This document shows, one piece after another, positions 1-10,860 of a stretch of 17,427 bases of DNA. Position 1 is the first letter of the stretch, and the number at the start of each line of letters is the position of its first letter. A program made the position numbers and the translations under genes. Origin of the DNA: Azolla caroliniana. Taxonomy: Eukaryota > Plantae > Polypodiophyta. The notes beneath the pieces are model-generated. The model saw only the letters and a list, made by a program, of their open reading frames with translations, did not search any database and was not told the DNA's origin. Where the stretch lies: assembly GCA_043228905.1 (NCBI GenBank), contig JBHGNT010000697.1:1-17427 (forward strand), written 5' to 3'.

Positions 1-27
1 CATGGCGATCTGCGTGAATTGTCGACG
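1..27 (-). CDS. Probable start codon (ATG at 3..1) and short preceding UTR exon segment of a gene running out of the window to the left; product unknown
   Basis: The minus strand reads ...tttttttccatacCTGATttgtacttCAG|cgtcgacaattcacgcagatcGCCATG: T-rich tract, branch-like CTGAT, CAG acceptor at 30..28, then an ATG in GCC-ATG context. Only one codon is visible. Confidence 0.45.
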
Positions 28-76
28 CTGAAGTACAAATCAGGTATGGAAAAAACAACACAATTATATAGTTAGT

Positions 77-80
77 TAGA

Positions 81-119
<39 letters not shown>
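77..119. repeat. Compound tetranucleotide microsatellite (TAGA)6(CAGA)~4-5
   Basis: Directly visible. Confidence 0.95.
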
Positions 120-266
120 TTATGGCGTGCTCTGCATTCGTCGATACAAAGTGGAAGTTTGTCGTTCTGTGACGTGCCCTGTTGTTGGTCACACTTTTGG
201 TTCTGCAGAAAAGGTGTGCCCTGCTCATCGTGGGTAGGGTCCCCATGGGCCCCCCACTAGCACACC

Positions 267-299
267 CGGACGGACGGACGGACGGACGGACGGACGGAC
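267..299. repeat. (CGGA)8 microsatellite
   Basis: Directly visible. Confidence 0.95.
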
Positions 300-362
300 A
301 CACCCCGAGCCTCCTCCCACCGCGTACCTCTCGACCTTCTCCCTGCTAACCAATTGTCCTGC

Positions 363-401
363 TATGTATGTATGTATCTATGTATCTATGTATGTATGTA
401 T
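363..401. repeat. Imperfect (TATG/TATC)n microsatellite
   Basis: Directly visible. Confidence 0.9.
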
Positions 402-564
402 TCCAAAATGGCATGGGCCTTTGTCTCGTCTCCCCCGATCACGGCCTCGCCACACCAGAAGAAACTATGTACACTATCCCGTTCTCATACCTACCCGTGT
501 CTTGTTCCTTCATGTATAGCACGCCGCAGCTTCTTGTATGGGCGTACGTCTGAACCTAATTCCA

Positions 565-1040
565 TAAACCCTAGTAACAATCAGCAATGGTTCGGTTTGG
601 TTCGGCTTGAGAGGGTCCAAACCGACCCGTTTAAATTTTTTTAAACCTGAACCGAACCACGAAACCGTTAAACCGAACTGGTAAACATTTTTCAAACCGT
701 TAAACCGTAAAAACCGCAATTTCGTGGTTCGGTTTCGGTTTTCAACAAAGGTCAAATGTTTTATTTTTTATTTTTAAAATTTTTTAATTTATAATATTTC
801 ATTTTTTTTTAATTTTTTAATTTTTAAGATGTTCCTAAAATGTGAGAATAAGGTCTAAAAATGAAAAGATTGTTTAAAAACAATTTTTTTATTTTTTTAG
901 AATTTTTTTAAAAATAAAAAATAATAAACCGTTAAACCATTTAAACCGCGGTTTTTGACTATTGAAACTGAACCAAACCGTTAAGCTGTTAAACCGCAGT
1001 TTCGCAGTTCGGTTCCGTTGCCGATTGTTAAACCCTAGTA
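565..1040. mobile_element. Non-autonomous hAT-like DNA transposon (MITE)
   Basis: Dense subterminal AAACCG/AACCGAACC and CGGTT repeats in both orientations around an A/T-rich core. The right end ccgttgccgattgttaaaccCTA is inverted relative to the left end acaatcagcaatgg. TAGGG...CCCTA-type ends are typical of plant hAT MITEs. No 8-bp TSD recognisable. Confidence 0.7.
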
Positions 1041-1229
1041 CCTGTTTTACCCCCCCTCCCTCCCTCCCTTCGTACGTTGCTTCACATTGTGCCCTTGGTC
1101 CCAACCATCACATTATCCACAACCCCCACCCCACGAGCACAACCTTGTTGTCCAATGTTGCATGTGAATGTACGAATTTGCCTCCCATTGTTGCATGTGA
1201 ATGTGAAGCAATCGCTATCTTCGCCAATT

Positions 1230-1667
1230 AAAAAGTAGCAAAAGCGCTAGCATACCCTAAGCTTTGTAACCTTTTACACATCATCGACATATGACCTAAT
1301 TTTAATAAAAATATCAAAGCACACTTCGGGTTTTTTCCAATTGCTCTAGCAAAATAAATTTGGTTTTGTTTAGTTAATTTTGCAAGTTAAGTTTGTTCTA
1401 ACATGACCATCTATTTTTTTTGTTGATTGTTAACTAAGCAATCCTAATTAGGAGACCAACTAATTAAAGTTCGACATAGTAATTGCTAGCTTAAGCAGCC
1501 TAATTGGTCTAGGTTGTTATGCCTATTAAGTGTGACATTAACCTAGTTAAATCTCGAGGATGTTTCAGCAACTTTAAATAATCAAGGGGTGTTTTCATCA
1601 TTTTTAAACTTAGGGATATCTTGGTAAATATGGAAAACTTAGAAATATGTTGGTATTTTCCCTTTTT
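1230..1667. mobile_element. Possible degenerate Mutator-like MITE remnant
   Basis: The right end has two related units (aaacttagggatatcttggta / aaacttagaaatatgttggta) ending in attttccc. These are weakly inverted to agcataccctaagctt near 1250. The interior is AT-rich with small palindromes (cctaattagg, gcttaagc). Confidence 0.3.
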
Positions 1668-2371
1668 GAAAAGTGTCGAACCTCATCATGTGATGCAAAA
1701 CTAGGATTTATGTGAGCATCTATATAGCCCTAGATTTAGGTCTAGAACAAGCACAAGCTAAAGTGCCATGTGCAACGTTATATTGTGATCATAACAAATG
1801 ATCGTCTAAGGCAAGCATATGAGTGACGACAACGTAGCCTATCTAGCATTCTTACTCTTTATTATTAGTATGCTTAATGTGATGATAAACTTGTATTCCA
1901 TATGTGCATCTATTATATGCAAATTAGGAATGAAGGTTACTCCACCAATGATTGGAGTAAATGCAATATGCCCATTGAATGTGGGTACTACAATAATTGT
2001 TTTAGGTTCCGTCATTGTCTAGGGGAACTAAATAGATATGATCACCATCTCTAGACCACATACACTTACATTCTAAGAGCACTTGTGTTTTCGTAACAGG
2101 GGATAGTACAAATACCCAACCTCTACCTATTGTTGTCGTCGTCTATGGATCGTATCGATAGTCATCGTCTCCCTAGCGTGTGACCCCCATGTGGCGTTGT
2201 AACTTGTTACCACATACGTAGCCTTGACCTCCATGAGGCTCGTTGTTCACCATGTGGTTGGGGGGGAGCTTCACAACATTAAAGTGTTGAATGGTTTTGG
2301 ACGTTTGGGAATGGAAGTCATGGTAGTCTTGTGAAGTCTTTATGTCATCAACAATTTAAGCGCACACACAA

Positions 2372-2580
2372 ATGTATGTATGTATGTATGTATGTGTACT
2401 TGTAGTGTGAATGAATGCATGAATGTATGTATATTTAGATAGATAAATGATAGATTGAGAGGAGCAAACGGACAATAATAAATACACACACATTCTCTCT
2501 CTCTCACTCATTGTGTACATATATATATATGTATATTGATAGATAGACATGTATGTATGTATTTTAAATGGTATGTATTT
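2372..2580. repeat. Low-complexity (TATG)n/(TAGA)n/(CT)n/(TA)n microsatellite cluster upstream of the kinase gene
   Basis: Directly visible. Confidence 0.85.
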
Positions 2581-2655
2581 ATAGCTTGGAGAGAGTCTTT
2601 TACACATTCAATCTACTCCTATCTATCTATCTATGAATTCATCTTCTTTCTCTTC

Positions 2656-2693
2656 ATGACCATCTCCTCCTCCTATTACAACTACTACTCCAT

Positions 2694-2733
<40 letters not shown>

Positions 2734-4567
2734 CTTATGATTGTCATCCTTATACTAATACTATGCACCATCCCTACTACCATTTGCAGCCTTGAAGTAG
2801 ACTCCATCAACCAAGCTCTCCCAAATCATGCCATTGCTCCTGCCCCTTCTCCTCGCGAGCCCAGCCCCTCGTCCTGGTCGCTCCCCACCTCTCAAAGAGA
2901 CGCATTGTTGGCATTCAAACGGACCATCGAGTCCGACCCTTTGGGCGTCCTCGACCAATGGGACCCCGACCGCTACCCCGACCCTTGCCTCTGGGAAGGC
3001 GTCCAATGCGGCCCGCCCACCAATATGTCCTCCTCCGGCCACCAGAACCTCGACACAAATGCCGACACCTTGACACAAGACATGAATGTTGTTGTCCATG
3101 TGATCACCCTTACATTGCCTCGGTCCCAGCTCCTCGGACAGTTGGCGCCGGAGCTAGGCCAGCTGACATGCCTACGCCACCTCAACCTCCACCACAACCG
3201 ACTCTACGGACCTATCCCGACCCGCCTCTTTGAAGGTGTGGCCGGCCTCAAGAGCCTCTTCCTCTTCTCCAACAACTTCTCGGGAAGCCTCCCGCAAGAA
3301 ATCGGACACCTCTCCTCCCTCCAGAGCCTCGACCTCTCGGATAACTCGTTATCGGGTAGTATCCCCTCCTCCCTAATGTCCGGGTGCGCGCGCCTGGCAT
3401 TCGTCTCGCTCGATCACAATGCATTCTCGGGCCCGATCCCCGACTCCGTGCCGGGATCACTGGAGTATCTCGATGTCTCTCACAACTGCCTCGATGGCGC
3501 GATTCCGGAGAGCATACTCCAGGGAGGCTTGCAGGTCTTGAACTTGTCCCACAACAGGATATCAGGAGGCATCCCAAGCAGCCTCCTCTCGGCCGGAACC
3601 TCGATCATCGATGTTTCTTACAACAACCTCAGCGGGCCGATCCCTTCGAATCGCGCCTCCTCCGCGGATGCGTTCCTCGGCAATCCGGGGCTTTGTGGCC
3701 CGCCTCTTCCGACAATTTGCCCTATGGAAACACCCAGCAGCTCGGACAATGGCAGTAGCGGAGGAGATCGGCATGGCCATGGCAGCAATGCGTGGGACGG
3801 GCAGGAGATCGCGCTGGCTGTAGCTATGGCGAGCACCACAGGTGTGGTGTTGATGTGCATAGGATGCTTGTGCTGCTGCTACTGGGGGAACACATGGGCC
3901 AAAGCCGGCAGGAGGGTCCGGGGCGCGGAAGAAGAAGAAGAAGATGAGGATGATGAGCATTACAACAAGAGCATTGCCACAAGTGTCATTAGCCATGGCA
4001 GCCAGAAGAGCATGACCATGCTGGCCTGCTGCTCTTCTTCTTCCTCCTCCTCCTCCCCCTCGCTACCGCGAAGCGGAGACATCGGCGGCCATAGTTACAA
4101 AGGATCGGATCGGGCAAGGCCGGGTAGGAGGGGGCATTGTTCCGGTGGGGGATTCGGCCCCTCGAGATGGTTCAATTGTGCTAGAAAGCGGGGATCCGGG
4201 GCATCATCGGTGGTGGAGCGATACAAGGGGGAATTGGTGGCCCTCGAGGGCGGGGAGGTGGGGTTTACAATCGAGGAGCTGCTGAGAGCCGCGGCCTACG
4301 TGCTGGGCAAGAGCTGCGGGGCCGGGATCGTGTACCGGGTCGTGGTGTCGGAGGAGGTCACGGTGGCGGTCAGGCGGCTCGGAGAGGGCGGGGCCAGACG
4401 GAACGGACACCGGCACAAGGAGTTCGAGTCGGAGGTGGAAGGTATCGCGGCCGCCCGGCACCCCAATGTTGTCCGCCTACGAGCCTACTCTTGCTCCCCC
4501 GATGAGAAACTCCTCGTCTACGACTTCCTCCCCAACGGAAACCTCGGCTCCGCCTTGCGCCGTCACG
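2656..4567 (+). CDS. LRR receptor-like kinase, LRR-III / ZAR1-like, exon 1 (signal peptide, LRRNT cap, about 8 LRRs, TM, kinase subdomains I-V)
   Basis: Hydrophobic [11 protein letters not shown] signal; ALLAFK...[19 protein letters not shown] cap; plant LxxLxLxxNxLSGxIP repeats; [17 protein letters not shown]-cap; [23 protein letters not shown]. The kinase stretch [58 protein letters not shown] is characteristic of the ZAR1/At1g67510 group. Phase-1 donor CACG|GTATG at 4568. The start could be ATG 2656 or ATG 2737. Confidence 0.9.
2695..2733 (+). repeat. (AGT)13 trinucleotide repeat; encodes poly-Ser if ATG 2656 is used
   Basis: Directly visible, in frame immediately before the signal peptide h-region. 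Confidence 0.95.
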
Positions 4568-4591
4568 GTATGCCGCCGCCTTTGATCGTTA

Positions 4592-5192
4592 AACTAAGTA
4601 CCACCATACATAAATATGTAGGTACATTTGACCGATCCATAAGACCCCCAAGTTTAAGTTTCCGAAATACCCCTTGCGCCGGTTCCGTTTATTTCTCCGG
4701 GATGCCCCCCCATGGCAAACCCAAGCTTAAACTCCAAATGCCCCTATGGCTTTCAGCAGTTTCCCTCGATCATTTCTACATGAGTCAAACTTTAGTGGGA
4801 TTCTACGAGTAGTTTGGCCCCTTTCTTTTAAGGGCTTAGCCTAGGGGCATTTGGGGAAACCAAAGAGAGAAGTTGTGGACATGCTTAACTAAGTACCACA
4901 ATACATACATACACACACACATTGGATCCATAAGATCCGAGTTTAAATTTACCAAAATACCCTTGCGTCGTCAGTTCCCGTTATTTGCCCCCCCCCCCCT
5001 CGGAATTCCCTTGGCCAACCCGTGCTTAAACTCCTAAATGCCCCTATGACTTTCGGCCAATTTCCCTCGAGCATTTCTATGTGACTCTATCTCGGGTGGG
5101 ATTCTACGATTAGTTTGACCCCTTTCTTTGAAGGTCAGGCTTGGCGTAGGTGCACTTGGGGAAACCAAACGGAGAAAGCCGTGGACATGGTT
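4592..5192. repeat. Diverged tandem duplication, two units of ~295 and ~306 bp (4592-4886, 4887-5192)
   Basis: Shared blocks in the same order: aactaagtaccac, gatccataaga, aaataccc, gcttaaactcc, aaatgcccctatg, catttcta, gtgggattctacga, cccctttcttt, ttggggaaaccaaa, gtggacatg. Confidence 0.9.
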
Positions 5193-5326
5193 AGTACTCA
5201 ATCACTCTCCAGACTCCTATGTTGATTCTTGTCATTGGCATTAAGGAAATGTGATCTCGAAAATAGAACACTCCGATGGCGACAAAAGTGCATGAATTTT
5301 CGATTGAGAGAGTTTCTCGGCCTAAT

Positions 5327-5460
5327 ATGGATTTTCATAAGTATTTGGTTGGAATTCTTGGAGATGTTTATATATATCCATGTAAACTCTATCATTTTCA
5401 TCCCTTACAAGCCGCGAAACATCTCCAAGATTTCTGACCAAAAACTGATGAAAAAGCCAT
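5327..5460. repeat. Inverted repeat/hairpin with ~43-bp arms and a 47-nt loop
   Basis: Arm 1 (5327-5369) atggattttcataagtatttggttggaattcttggagatgttt matches the reverse complement of arm 2 (5417-5460), atggctttttcatcagtttttggtcagaaatcttggagatgttt. Confidence 0.85.
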
Positions 5461-6332
5461 GACAGGCAATGAAACTCACTTGACAAAATATTCGTGCACT
5501 TTATAGCGTAATCATGGCCAAATGGGTACTCCTAGGTGAAATTTTTTGTACGAATAATGTGATGAGAGTGACATGTGATGGATAAATAGATCAAAGCCCA
5601 AAAACAACTCTTATAGATCAAAATACTTATTGCTGTTTCTTTCGCTCTCGTTTTGATCAAGATTCGAGAAGACAAAATGTCACAAGTATGCCATCATTTT
5701 CCAATCATGATTTCAAATACCAAGGGCCTAGTGACCCATACATATTATCTCGATACTCGCTTCAATAGAAACACATTGAACAAGAGAAAACAACGCATCA
5801 CATATGTGAATGTGACATAGAGGACTGGCATGTCACATGACCAATTGACAACATGTGATTGCTTAGCAATACAGAAAAAATGGTGGATATTTAAGATAGA
5901 TTTGGACACTACTCAAGGCTTGTATCTTTATCTTGAAGACAACTAAATTGTGCTTTTCTTGTTGGTAGACTTTTTAAGGCATCATTCACATGAAGTACCA
6001 CACTTCCATCCGGTCCAACAATGCATCCTTTTGAGGAAGTTTTTATACCACAATCTTTTGAAGATAGAAAATTAGCTCTTTAGTCGGTTGGTTAGCATTG
6101 TTTGAACAAAGAAATAACTAGTATATTAGAGTGTAATAAACTGATTGCCTTGTGATTGTTAAGAGTGCATAGGGTTGTTTATCGACAACAAGAAAGAGGA
6201 GGTATGGGAAATTTTTAGTTGCACCTTTCGATAAGTTCATACTCGAACGAATAAAGAACAATGTTTGCTTGGGTGTTTTATTTTTTAAATTGATCCGTGT
6301 TTTTTCGGGTTTTTTTCTTGGGGACAAATTAG

Positions 6333-7153
6333 GATGGCACCAACAAGGGCTAGTATGGTGGGCGAGGTTAAAAATAGCGAGGGCAGTAGCGAGGGCCGTA
6401 GCATTCCTACACGAGCAACGGGGCGGAACTGCGGCACACGGGGACCTAAAGCCCAACAACATATTGCTAGACATGGGATTGGATGCGTACGTGGCGGATT
6501 ACGGCCTCGGGCGCCTTGTGAGCATAGCCGGGAGCGGAGTGGTGCCCACGCCCACAAGGAACACAAGGGTACCGGCCAAGGACCTCGATTTACACTACTA
6601 CGCGCCCGAGGCCATCGATGTGGTCTTCAAGGCCGGGGCCGGGGGCGAGACTCTATTCTCGCTCGGGGTCGATCGCTTCGTGAAGGCGACCCAGAAGGGG
6701 GATGTGTACTCTATGGGCATGGTGCTCCTAGAGCTGCTCACTGGTATAAGTGATGACCAACACCGGCGCCAACGGCAATCTCCCCAATACATAATGCACA
6801 TGAACCAGCTCCTCCTCCATGAGATTGATCCCACCCATCAAGCATCCACTCGGAAACTTGATACGCTCGGACATGGGCACCATCCGATCGACATTGACAT
6901 TCCTCGACCACAACCTGCCAACACTTCGCCCCCACCGGATTTGTTGCTCCACATTTTGGACCCGGTTCTCGTGAGGGAAATGCCGCAACACGTGGAACAA
7001 ATGGTCGCCACCCTCCATCTCGCGTTGTCGTGTATCGCGCTCCATCCCGAGGAGCGACCAACCATGCGTCATGTCTCCATATCCCTCGATCAAATCACCA
7101 CTCCCACCCCACTCCACACACAAAATGTCAGCAAGTTATTGTGCCCCCCTTAA
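6333..7153 (+). CDS. LRR receptor-like kinase, exon 2 (kinase subdomains VIa-XI); spliced protein about 910 aa from ATG 2656
   Basis: W..RLKIA...ARAVAFLHE, HGDLKPNNILL, ADYGLGRL, YYAPE, KATQKGDVYSMGMVLLELLTG, LDPVL, LHLALSC...PEERPTMRHV; stop TAA at 7151-7153. Confidence 0.9.
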
Positions 7154-8704
7154 AATCTTAGGTTCTCGTAGTGATCTCGCTCGCTCCCCCGCATGTGTGG
7201 ATGTGCTTGGGAAGAGGACTCTATATTGATCTGGTAGGCACAAAAGTGGATCATATTGTTGAGTTAGGGTAGGGGTGATGCTGTAGTGATCCATTCTCCA
7301 TAGCATGGTATGCATGAACTCATCTCTTTCTAATTCTTTTCTTGTATGAAGTGACATAGTGCTTAATTCCATATTTTGATTCTATTCATGATGTCGATAT
7401 TCAAATCCCATGATGTTCATTTGACCTTCTCTCTGCCTATCGATCCCTTTCTCTCTTCTTATGGTATACTCACCCCTTCATGGTATGGTGAATTTATTCT
7501 CCATTCATTATACTACCCCCAATTCTCATGCATGTGACAATACCTTACATTACAGTTCCTTTCGGAAAAAAAACATTCAGTAACTGATTTATAATCTTTG
7601 ATAGTTTTTGTTCCATTTGTAATTTCTTTGATGGAACTTTTTGGAGGATCCTAATTTGGGAAGGGTAATTGGCATGCTATTCACCATGATGCACATGATG
7701 CACCATGAAATTAAAACCATGTAAAGGTTTATTCCCCACAATAATAGCACTTGAGATTTTCGACAGTTGCTAGAGGGAATTAGCTTCATGCAAAGGTCAA
7801 GTAGACACCATTATGTGTGGGTGACTTATGATTACACCCATGAAATCGCCAATTATATGCTAGGAATTTGAGGACAATCAAGCAACCATAAGAGCTCACA
7901 TGCTAGGGATGAGAGTTCAAAGACAACATCTAGAAACATGATTTGCCAAGCCTCAAATGGAAACAAAGTCGAATGAGTGCATTGCCATTACTAATGGGTC
8001 ATGTTAAATGCAGCCATTTAGCTTTCATCACTGATTAAAAATGTATCAAGCTATCAATTCATATTTTGATCAAATGCCATTTTGCACTAAATAGGAATGA
8101 TAAACTAGAAAAAGGTGTTTGATTCAAGAGAGAGTCAATGTACAAACGCATGCATGGTAACAGCTATGTTGGGAAAACGGGACTCATGATTTTCACAATC
8201 ACATGAGACCAGATAAGATCAACTTCACACAGTAACCATTATTATCCATTATAAGCATATATCATTTTGCTCAGCAGCCTCCTGCCCATATGGTGGACAT
8301 AGAGCTGTTGGTAACATATTTTGTGAAGCTACTGAGACTGCAAACATATCATTGAGACTTCTGCACTTTCCAGCTTGTACACCAAATAATAATATCAATA
8401 CAGGTATTATTATATCCAAAGCTAGATACCTGAACCTGATTATAAAAATAAATAAATGATACCTTGTTTTAATGCCTTGAACAGAGTTTCGAAACTTCAA
8501 TGTACATACCTTAGATAGAGACATAACCAAGAACTACAACAGTGACATTAACCAATGCAGGATCAAAGATACACTCGAGTTAACCATTGTGTGTGTGATA
8601 TGATATGATGGAAAGACAAATCTAATGATACATTTAGAATTAAACTCCCCCTCCCCAAGTGCAGGAATAATTGACAGGAGCTGTAGATGAACAATTAAAA
8701 CCTT

Positions 8705-8814
8705 CACACATAGTTCCATTGGAGTATAGAAAATATGACACTCATTCATCTTAAAAGGTTGCAAATTAGGGCACACATAGTTCCATTGGAGTATAGAAAA
8801 TATGACACTCATTC
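8705..8814. repeat. Perfect 43-bp direct repeat (8705-8747, 8772-8814) with a 24-bp spacer
   Basis: cacacatagttccattggagtatagaaaatatgacactcattc occurs twice. Confidence 0.95.
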
Positions 8815-10440
8815 TTCAACAGAGCAGCAAACATTAAATATCCTTAGCATGCTTATAATAATGCCCTCGTGGAAGAGTAGCAGGGAGTATAATTCACCCA
8901 CCAGCCATCATAGAGTCCTAACACTAATTAGAGTTTATCAGAGGCACTTATTGGCATGTTTCTATCATGAAACCTAAATAAAACCAAGAGGATGCATCTG
9001 AAACTGGCCTGGAATCAACAGGGGTGGTAGAACACAAATTGAACCACCAATTTAACTATAATTTACCATTATTGAAATTTTATTAAACAAAGAAAGAACC
9101 CTTTAATATTTTGGATGAACTAAGACTAAATTTCACATCCAGGAAACTAGATTTTCCTGAATGAGGAAGTTGACACCTTTTGGCTCAAACAATGGACCTC
9201 TTTTGGTATTTCATTATTTTAAATCAACACAAGAGGGTACAATAAGATAGAGCCCAAATCCTAAAAACATAGCCAGCCGGCTGTTCAAACACATTTCAGC
9301 AACAAAGATAGCTCCTCTGAGCAGAATAGAAAAGAGAGAGAATCAATCCTGCAGTTTTCAGCATTCCAAAATGACCATCTACTAGCTCAAAAATGAATTT
9401 CGAGTTATACATCAAAATGAGATTTGTTTGATATCATGCTGTTAACTATCAGTTTTTCAGAAAAAACATCTTAGCTCTCTCCTTTATCCATTATATATAG
9501 ATTTTGAGTGTGTAGCACCTACCATAAAGTGACTTAATAGAGCATAAGTTTATGATTGGATGTAAATGCATTGGAATCCAATGCTAATTGGACAACCATA
9601 TGCCAAATTCTGATAAGAGACCACTCTTGGAGCACCAACAATCTCTACCCATACTTCAATGACATCTTACCCTACCTCTTTCAAGGGATTTTATACATCC
9701 AACCACTTGTATTTCTTCTATTTTCCTATGCGTATTTATCATATACTTGTTATATGCTTATTACATACTTAAAGCAATATATATATAGTTATTATACAAA
9801 AAAAAAATTCGACTTCCTATATGCTTTCCCAACCTATCGTCGCCATTCTTTGTGCAAGACCCATCCCCATCCTTGTACCTGTCTTCATTTGAGGATGTTT
9901 CAAGCTAAGAATATTCATAAATAAATTTTCTTCAGCTTCGACATTAGTTAAGCTGTTTTTCTTTTATCCGTATGTATGCATTTGTTATAGGCATGACCTT
10001 CTGAAATAATTCTATAGCTAATTTGAATGGGTTAAAGTAGGATAGTCAGGAAACCGATTATCCTAGGAACTGGGACAAATTCATAAGGACCTATGATACA
10101 TGGGAACACATGGTGGTCTAGGAGCCTTAGTTGTTGAGGTGGTATTTAAGGGGACTAGCTACCCCCTTCATTACAGCATCTTGAGATGTTGTCGAGACTC
10201 TATTGGCGAGGCTAAGCTCTCTTCTTCAGATCCGTTATTCAACCACCAGGGTATAACATAACATAATATTCAGTGGTACGGACACCGATGGTACTTATGT
10301 TTGTCTTGTGTCCTTCACTCGGGGGTGGTCAGCATGGTTAAGCACCCTTGATTCATTCTTCTCCTTAATCTCCTAGTTTGATCTGTAATAATATCAGAAT
10401 CACAACACTTTGAGCTCCTTGCTGCTATATCACAAAATTT

Positions 10441-10860
10441 GATAATTGTCGATTTTCTACACGCATCTCAGTTCCTATCAAATGACCACCCCCCTCTTTG
10501 TTTTCATCCCCCATCTCATGCATTCAAATGTTTTGACCAAGACTAGACCACGTAACAAACCTAGAGAAGACCAACATAATGATTTACAATACCTTCCACC
10601 TAGAATACAGATCTTCAATTCCTTTTATTTACGTATGCAACCTGACATTTGACAATTTTCTAGATGCAACCCAGTTCCTGTTAAGTCACATTCCTGTTTC
10701 GTCCCATCTCATGTGACAATAGCTCCAATGGTCACTTCTATGCATTCCAAAAAATTTGACATCGCTTAGACCAAACAACAAAACTTAGAGAAGGTCAAGT
10801 AATTTTCTGTAAGTCCATCAACCCTGATTACAGATCTTTGATTCCTTTCATTTACATATG
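10441..10860. repeat. Old diverged tandem duplication of ~200 bp
   Basis: Collinear shared blocks attttcta, cagttcct, cccatctcatg, atgcattc, tagacca, tagagaag, tacagatctt, attccttt, atttac.tatg in 10441-10637 and 10644-10860. Confidence 0.8.

Larger units (their letters stand above)
28..327 (-). other. Putative 300-bp 5'-UTR intron of the left-hand minus-strand gene
   Basis: Donor GAG|GTACGC at 327 and acceptor TTCAG ending at 28. The interior is microsatellite-rich. Confidence 0.45.
4568..6332 (+). other. Intron of the LRR-RLK gene (1765 bp, phase 1)
   Basis: GT at 4568; T-rich tract 6275-6320 and TAG acceptor at 6330-6332. Splicing gives in-frame ...ALRRHG|WHQQGLVWWARLKIA at the usual LRR-III intron position after subdomain V. 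Confidence 0.85.

Noticed and set aside
76-1231. ORFs in the first 1.2 kb
   Set aside because: Translations of microsatellites and MITE repeats.
2536-2655. First 40 aa of the 758-aa ORF
   Set aside because: Non-ATG start within microsatellite-rich sequence, upstream of the plausible signal peptide.
2761-4461. Overlapping short ORFs within the kinase exon
   Set aside because: Expected by-products of a GC-rich coding exon.
4568-4812. Read-through tail of the 758-aa ORF (MPPPLIVK...GFYE)
   Set aside because: It lies past a canonical donor at the conserved intron position and translates intronic repeat with no kinase motifs.
6269-6332. Independent start for the 294-aa kinase ORF
   Set aside because: This is the polypyrimidine tract and acceptor of the intron; the ORF is exon 2.
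8705-8814. CRISPR-like repeat-spacer-repeat
   Set aside because: Only two copies, eukaryotic context, no cas genes.
10320-10350. ggttaagcacccttg as a possible 5S rRNA/Cassandra or SINE fragment
   Set aside because: The match is limited to about 7 nt, with no A/C boxes or further 5S similarity.
7589-10652. Short ORFs in the AT-rich intergenic region (8249-8530, 8534-8812, 9556-9924 and others)
   Set aside because: No domain resemblance, compositionally biased, none resembles TTM3.
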